A DNA stretch of 64,000 bases from Escherichia coli (lineage in GTDB: Bacteria > Pseudomonadota > Gammaproteobacteria > Enterobacterales > Enterobacteriaceae). Numbering within the stretch: position 1 is the stretch's first letter; each line of letters opens with the position of its first letter. This document shows positions 59,963 to 64,000 of the stretch, one piece after another. The notes beneath the pieces were generated by a model. That model did no database searches and was not told the DNA's origin. It saw nothing but the letters and a program-made list of their open reading frames with translations. Location: NCBI RefSeq assembly GCF_017348835.2, contig NZ_CP071375.1; one strand, written 5' to 3'. The position numbers and the translations under genes are program-made.

Positions 59963-62157
59963 AATTTTTCCCCTTTCAACAGGGTGCTTTGCGCATCACG
60001 AGGCTTGATGACATAGCACCAAACTTGCTTACGACCATCATGTTCTTCGATATAGACACCCTGCAGCTCCGGTGCAAAACCTGGCAGCAGGTTGATCCCT
60101 TCTTCCAGAGCGCTGAAGTAACGCAGAACAGCACCACCCCAGATTTCACCCGGAACAACACACAGCACACCCGGAGGATAAGGAAGCGCACCTTCGGCAG
60201 CGATACGGCCTTCTGCATCCGGCAGACGAACCAGTTCCACTTCACCGCGTAAATAGGCGTAGTTGGCTTCTTGCGGATTCATGCTGACGCGTGGGAAGTG
60301 CTCCTTACGGAACATCTCTTTTTGCAGTTGTTTCACGTTGTGGCGGGCATACAAATCATGCATTTCCTGACACAACTGACGCAGGGTATAACCGGCGTAG
60401 CGCTCTTCATGCTGTTTGTAGATGGAAGGTAGCACTTCTGCTAATGGCGCGTCGGACTCAAGCAGTTTTTCGAAGCGTACCAGCAGGGCAACAAGTTGCT
60501 GAAGTTTGGCCATATCTTCTGCCGGAGTCAGCAGGAAGAGGATGGAGTTAAGATCGCATTTTTCCGGCACTACGCCATTTTCGCGCAGGAAGTTAGCAAG
60601 AATCGTCGCGGGTACACCGAACGCTTCATATTCGCCGTTACGTGCATCAATACCTGGGGTTGTCAGCAACAGTTTGCATGGATCGACAAAGTATTGATTC
60701 TCTGCATAGCCTTCAAAAGAATGCCAGTGTTCCCCTGGTACAAACTGGAAGAAGCGCAGATCAACCGCAATTTGCGCTGTTTCATACGACTGCCAGGGTT
60801 TACCATCCACCAGTTCAGGTACGAACGGACGAATATGCTGACAGTTATCGAGGATCAGTTTGCGGGCATTAATGCCATTTACCACACAATCCATCCACAT
60901 ATTACGACCGCTGACACCTTCATGCATTTTGGCGTTGATATCCAGTGCGGCAAACAGCGGATAGAACGGGCTGGTGGAGGCGTGCATCATAAAGGCGTTG
61001 TTCATGCGTTTGTGCGGTACATAACGCTGTTGCCCTTTGATGTGGCTGTCTTTTTTATGAATTTGTGAAGTCTGAGAAAAACCAGCCTGTTGTTTATGCA
61101 CAGATTGCGTAACCAGAATACCCGGATCGTTCTCATTAAGTTCCAGTAGCAGCGGCGAACAGTCCGCCATCATCGGAATAAACTGTTCATAGCCGACCCA
61201 TGCTGAGTCAAACAGGATGTAGTCACACAGATGACCAATTTTATCCACCACCTGGCGGGCGTTATAAATCGTACCGTCGTAGGTGCCTAACTGAATCACA
61301 GCGAGGCGGAAAGGACGAGCCTCTTTTGCCCGCTGCGGTGCGACTTCCGCGATCAGCTCACGCAGGTAACTTTCTTCAAAACAGTGCGCATCAATGCCAC
61401 CGATAAAGCCATACGGGTTACGTGCCGTTTCCAGATAAACCGGTGTTGCACCAGCCTGTAGCAACGCTCCGTGGTGGTTAGATTTGTGGTTATTGCGATC
61501 AAACAGCACCAGATCACCCGGTGTTAGCAGGGCGTTTAAAACCACTTTGTTAGAAGATGAAGTGCCATTTAGAACGAAGTATGTTTTATCTGCATTAAAC
61601 ACTTTTGCCGCATGTTGCTGTGCAATGCATGGCGCGCCTTCGTGAATCAGCAGATCGCCCATTGCCACATCCGCGTTGCATAAGTCGGAACGGAACAGCG
61701 TTTCTCCGAAGTACTCCACGAACTGATTCCCTGCCGGATGACGACGGAAAAACTCACCTCCCTGATGACCCGGGCAGTCAAAAGCGCTATTGCCCTGATT
61801 GACATAATCGACCAGTGCGCGGAAGAAGGGCGGGCGCAGTTGCGTTTCATAATGGCTGGCAGCGGTTTCTAACTGACGTCCATAAAACTCTTTCCGTGAT
61901 TCGCAATGCTCGAAGACACCAGAAATACGTGGCAGATATTCTGCTGGTACACGTTCTTCATTTTCCGTTGCAATAAAAACAGGAATACCATAGCCAGTAG
62001 CGTCTATTTCATCGAGTTTTCCACGTTCAACATCACTGACTGATAAAATAATGGCGGCAACGTCAATATAATTACTTTCGTCTATATTCACGCATGCACG
62101 ATGAGTGGAAAAACAATCCGGGCAAGAACGACTAACGGCAATTTTTAATTCTGACAT
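59959..62157 (-). CDS. speF: Inducible ornithine decarboxylase
   Basis: PLP fold-III decarboxylase; start taken at MSELKIAV (732 aa). Confidence 0.93.
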   Translation of the reverse strand: MSELKIAVSRSCPDCFSTHRACVNIDESNYIDVAAIILSVSDVERGKLDEIDATGYGIPVFIATENEERVPAEYLPRISGVFEHCESRKEFYGRQLETAASHYETQLRPPFFRALVDYVNQGNSAFDCPGHQGGEFFRRHPAGNQFVEYFGETLFRSDLCNADVAMGDLLIHEGAPCIAQQHAAKVFNADKTYFVLNGTSSSNKVVLNALLTPGDLVLFDRNNHKSNHHGALLQAGATPVYLETARNPYGFIGGIDAHCFEESYLRELIAEVAPQRAKEARPFRLAVIQLGTYDGTIYNARQVVDKIGHLCDYILFDSAWVGYEQFIPMMADCSPLLLELNENDPGILVTQSVHKQQAGFSQTSQIHKKDSHIKGQQRYVPHKRMNNAFMMHASTSPFYPLFAALDINAKMHEGVSGRNMWMDCVVNGINARKLILDNCQHIRPFVPELVDGKPWQSYETAQIAVDLRFFQFVPGEHWHSFEGYAENQYFVDPCKLLLTTPGIDARNGEYEAFGVPATILANFLRENGVVPEKCDLNSILFLLTPAEDMAKLQQLVALLVRFEKLLESDAPLAEVLPSIYKQHEERYAGYTLRQLCQEMHDLYARHNVKQLQKEMFRKEHFPRVSMNPQEANYAYLRGEVELVRLPDAEGRIAAEGALPYPPGVLCVVPGEIWGGAVLRYFSALEEGINLLPGFAPELQGVYIEEHDGRKQVWCYVIKPRDAQSTLLKGEKL

Positions 62158-62309
62158 TTTGTTCATCTCTTTATTTCAGGTAATAGCAGGTCCTCAATTT
62201 CTCAAAGGAGAAATCGATCACGCCGGAAAAAAAGCAAAGCTCCACCGCTGATAAATAAATCAGTAGTTTGCTTTTTGCAGATGCAATAACCCAGACCAGC
62301 CCGGTAACT

Positions 62310-62490
62310 GGCTATACTCGTCATACTTCAAGTTGCATGTGCTGCGTCTGCGTTCGCTCACCCCAGTCACTTACTCATGTAAGCTCCTGGGGATTCACTC
62401 GCTTGTCGCCTTCCTGCAACTCGAATTATTTAGAGTATATACTCGTCATACTTCAAGTTGCATATGCTGCGACTCGAATTATGTAGAGTT
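62310..62490. repeat. ERIC (enterobacterial repetitive intergenic consensus / IRU) element with an adjacent core-deleted partial copy
   Basis: atgtaagctcctggggattcac (62377-62398) and cgctcaccccagtcacttac (62355-62374) match the ERIC core by recall; end segments 62314-62346 and 62419-62435 are repeated directly at 62439-62488. Confidence 0.6.
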
Positions 62491-62592
62491 TAAAAGGGTT
62501 AGCAGTATATGAGCACCGAGGGATACAGGTATTAACCTGTAATGCTTAAAGTCAGGGAGACCTGTACGCTGGGGTGCCCTTTAGTCAGAAGA

Positions 62593-62697
62593 CTAGCGGG
62601 CATTAAAGAAATGAAAGTCAAAACTATTACGATGGGCAAACTTCATGATATGGGTTGTCCGCCTTATATGAGGCATTAAGCGGTTATTATTTTCCAT
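62593..62697 (-). CDS. speFL: speFL leader peptide (ornithine-sensing arrest peptide), 34 codons
   Basis: Reverse-strand ATG at 62697 to TAG at 62593 translates to MENNNRLMPHIRRTTHIMKFAHRNSFDFHFFNAR; too short for the ORF track. Confidence 0.75.
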   Translation of the reverse strand: MENNNRLMPHIRRTTHIMKFAHRNSFDFHFFNAR

Positions 62698-62893
62698 TTA
62701 CCTTTACCTCTTGCTGTGTCAGTTGAAGGTAGAGTTATTCTATCCATGAAATGGCTATAATCTGTGAAGAAGATCAACAAAAAACGATCATACCCCAGAT
62801 AATAAATCATTAATTATGAATAGCGCCATATTAGACGCTGTTTTGTTATTTAAATGTTGTAATTTTGTGTTTTATATTTGCGTTAAGAAATTA

Positions 62894-62926
62894 AACCTGC
62901 CAAATAATAATATTTGGTGCAGGTTT
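62894..62926 (-). terminator. Possible terminator hairpin downstream of kdpE
   Basis: aaacctgc...gcaggttt imperfect stem in an AT-rich region. Confidence 0.35.
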
Positions 62927-62971
62927 AATAATAAATTAATCACTATTTAAGCGAATTTATTGAATAACAAT

Positions 62972-63649
62972 TCAAAGCATAAACCGATACCCAATACCGG
63001 TTTCAGTAATGAAATGGCGGGGGCGAGCGGGATCCTGTTCCAGTTTTTGTCGCAGATGTCCCATATAAATACGCAAATAATGACTGTGTTCGACCGCGTT
63101 TGGCCCCCACACCTGGTTAAGGAGTTGGCGCTGGGGGAGTACTTTTCCGGCGTTGTTGAGCAGCACTGCCAGCAGGCGAAACTCAATCGGGGTGAGGTGC
63201 ACCTCTTCCTCACCCCGGTGAATCACGCGGGCGGCTAAATCGACGGTAACATCGGAAAATTTCACTACCGGATCGGGCGCGGCAGTGGCTGAATGGCGGC
63301 GTAATGCGACGCGCAGACGGGCCTGCAATTCGCCAATGCCAAACGGCTTACTCAGATAATCATCCGCTCCGGCATCCAGCGCGGCGATTTTGTCGCTCTC
63401 TTCGCTGCGTGCGGAAAGCACTATCACCGGCACCGCGCTCCACTGGCGCAGGTCGCGGATAAACTCAATCCCATCACCATCGGGCAGGCCGAGATCGAGA
63501 ATAATCAAATCTGGCTTACGGGTTGCCGCTTCCAGCAAGCCGCGTTGCAGCGTTTCGGCCTCAAAGACGCGCATACCGTCGCCCTCCAGCGCCGTGCGCA
63601 GAAAGCGACGAATAGCCTGTTCATCTTCAACAATCAGAACGTTTGTCAC
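62972..63649 (-). CDS. kdpE: Response regulator KdpE (OmpR family)
   Basis: 225 aa; receiver domain (phospho-accepting Asp in LIILDLGLPD) and winged-helix output domain. Confidence 0.95.
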   Translation of the reverse strand: MTNVLIVEDEQAIRRFLRTALEGDGMRVFEAETLQRGLLEAATRKPDLIILDLGLPDGDGIEFIRDLRQWSAVPVIVLSARSEESDKIAALDAGADDYLSKPFGIGELQARLRVALRRHSATAAPDPVVKFSDVTVDLAARVIHRGEEEVHLTPIEFRLLAVLLNNAGKVLPQRQLLNQVWGPNAVEHSHYLRIYMGHLRQKLEQDPARPRHFITETGIGYRFML

Positions 63650-64000
63650 ATATCCTCATGAAATTCTTCAAGTTCAGGGGCAGTTTGCTGGGGAAGTGTA
63701 ACACGAAAACAGGCACCACCTTCCGGTCGGTTGAACGCGGTAATAGTGCCCCCGTGTACATCCACTATCTCCCGACAAATTGCCAGTCCAAGCCCTACCC
63801 CCGGTACTGCCGACTCTTTATTCCCGCGAGCAAACTTATCAAATATCGTCTGCTCCTGGCCTGGCGGAAGACCGGGGCCGTTATCCCAGACATCCAGTTG
63901 TAGATTTTCGCCCTCAACGTGGGCATCGATACCAATTTCGGCCTGCGCACCCGCATATTTCACCGCGTTCTCCAGCAGATTAATCAGCACCCGTTCAAAG
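63646..64000 (-). CDS. kdpD: Sensor histidine kinase KdpD, C-terminal HATPase fragment (gene continues past the window end)
   Basis: N-box and G-box motifs (LLENAVKY, DNGPGLP, GLGLAI); overlaps the kdpE start. Confidence 0.9.
   Translation of the reverse strand, partial: FERVLINLLENAVKYAGAQAEIGIDAHVEGENLQLDVWDNGPGLPPGQEQTIFDKFARGNKESAVPGVGLGLAICREIVDVHGGTITAFNRPEGGACFRVTLPQQTAPELEEFHEDM

Noticed and set aside
62268-62486. 72-aa ORF on the + strand between speF and speFL
   Set aside because: It spans the ERIC repeat; the translation is a by-product of the repeat sequence.

Overview
This window reads as a contiguous Escherichia coli chromosomal segment running from pagP to the 3' end of kdpD. 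Identification is by my own recognition of the six-frame translations; no database search was run and gene names are from memory. It is mostly core housekeeping: cspE, crcB, tatE, lipA/lipB, the dacA-rlpA-mrdB-mrdA-rlmH-rsfS-cobC-nadD-holA-lptE-leuS minus-strand block, gltIJKL, lnt-corC-ybeY-ybeZ-miaB, ubiF, asnB, the nag regulon, glnS, chiPQ, fur, fldA, seqA-pgm, speF-potE and kdpE. It also carries a seven-gene tRNA operon (metT-leuW-glnU-glnW-metU-glnV-glnX), several REP/BIME clusters and an ERIC repeat. The best candidate for an uncharacterised system is the hscC locus (19.4-27.3 kb): a truncated Hsp70 (HscC) next to two paralogous, divergently arranged modules, each with a Sel1-repeat protein facing a translationally coupled DUF1266 protein plus a tail-anchored J-protein with an HPE variant of the HPD motif. 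Other items worth a second look are an IS200-family insertion between pgm and potE, the unlisted 34-codon speFL leader ORF, the uof leader ORF overlapping a Fur box, and the sroC sRNA in the gltI-gltJ spacer. Several long ORFs in the track are antisense artefacts inside real genes, and several listed ORF starts are upstream of the probable true start codon.
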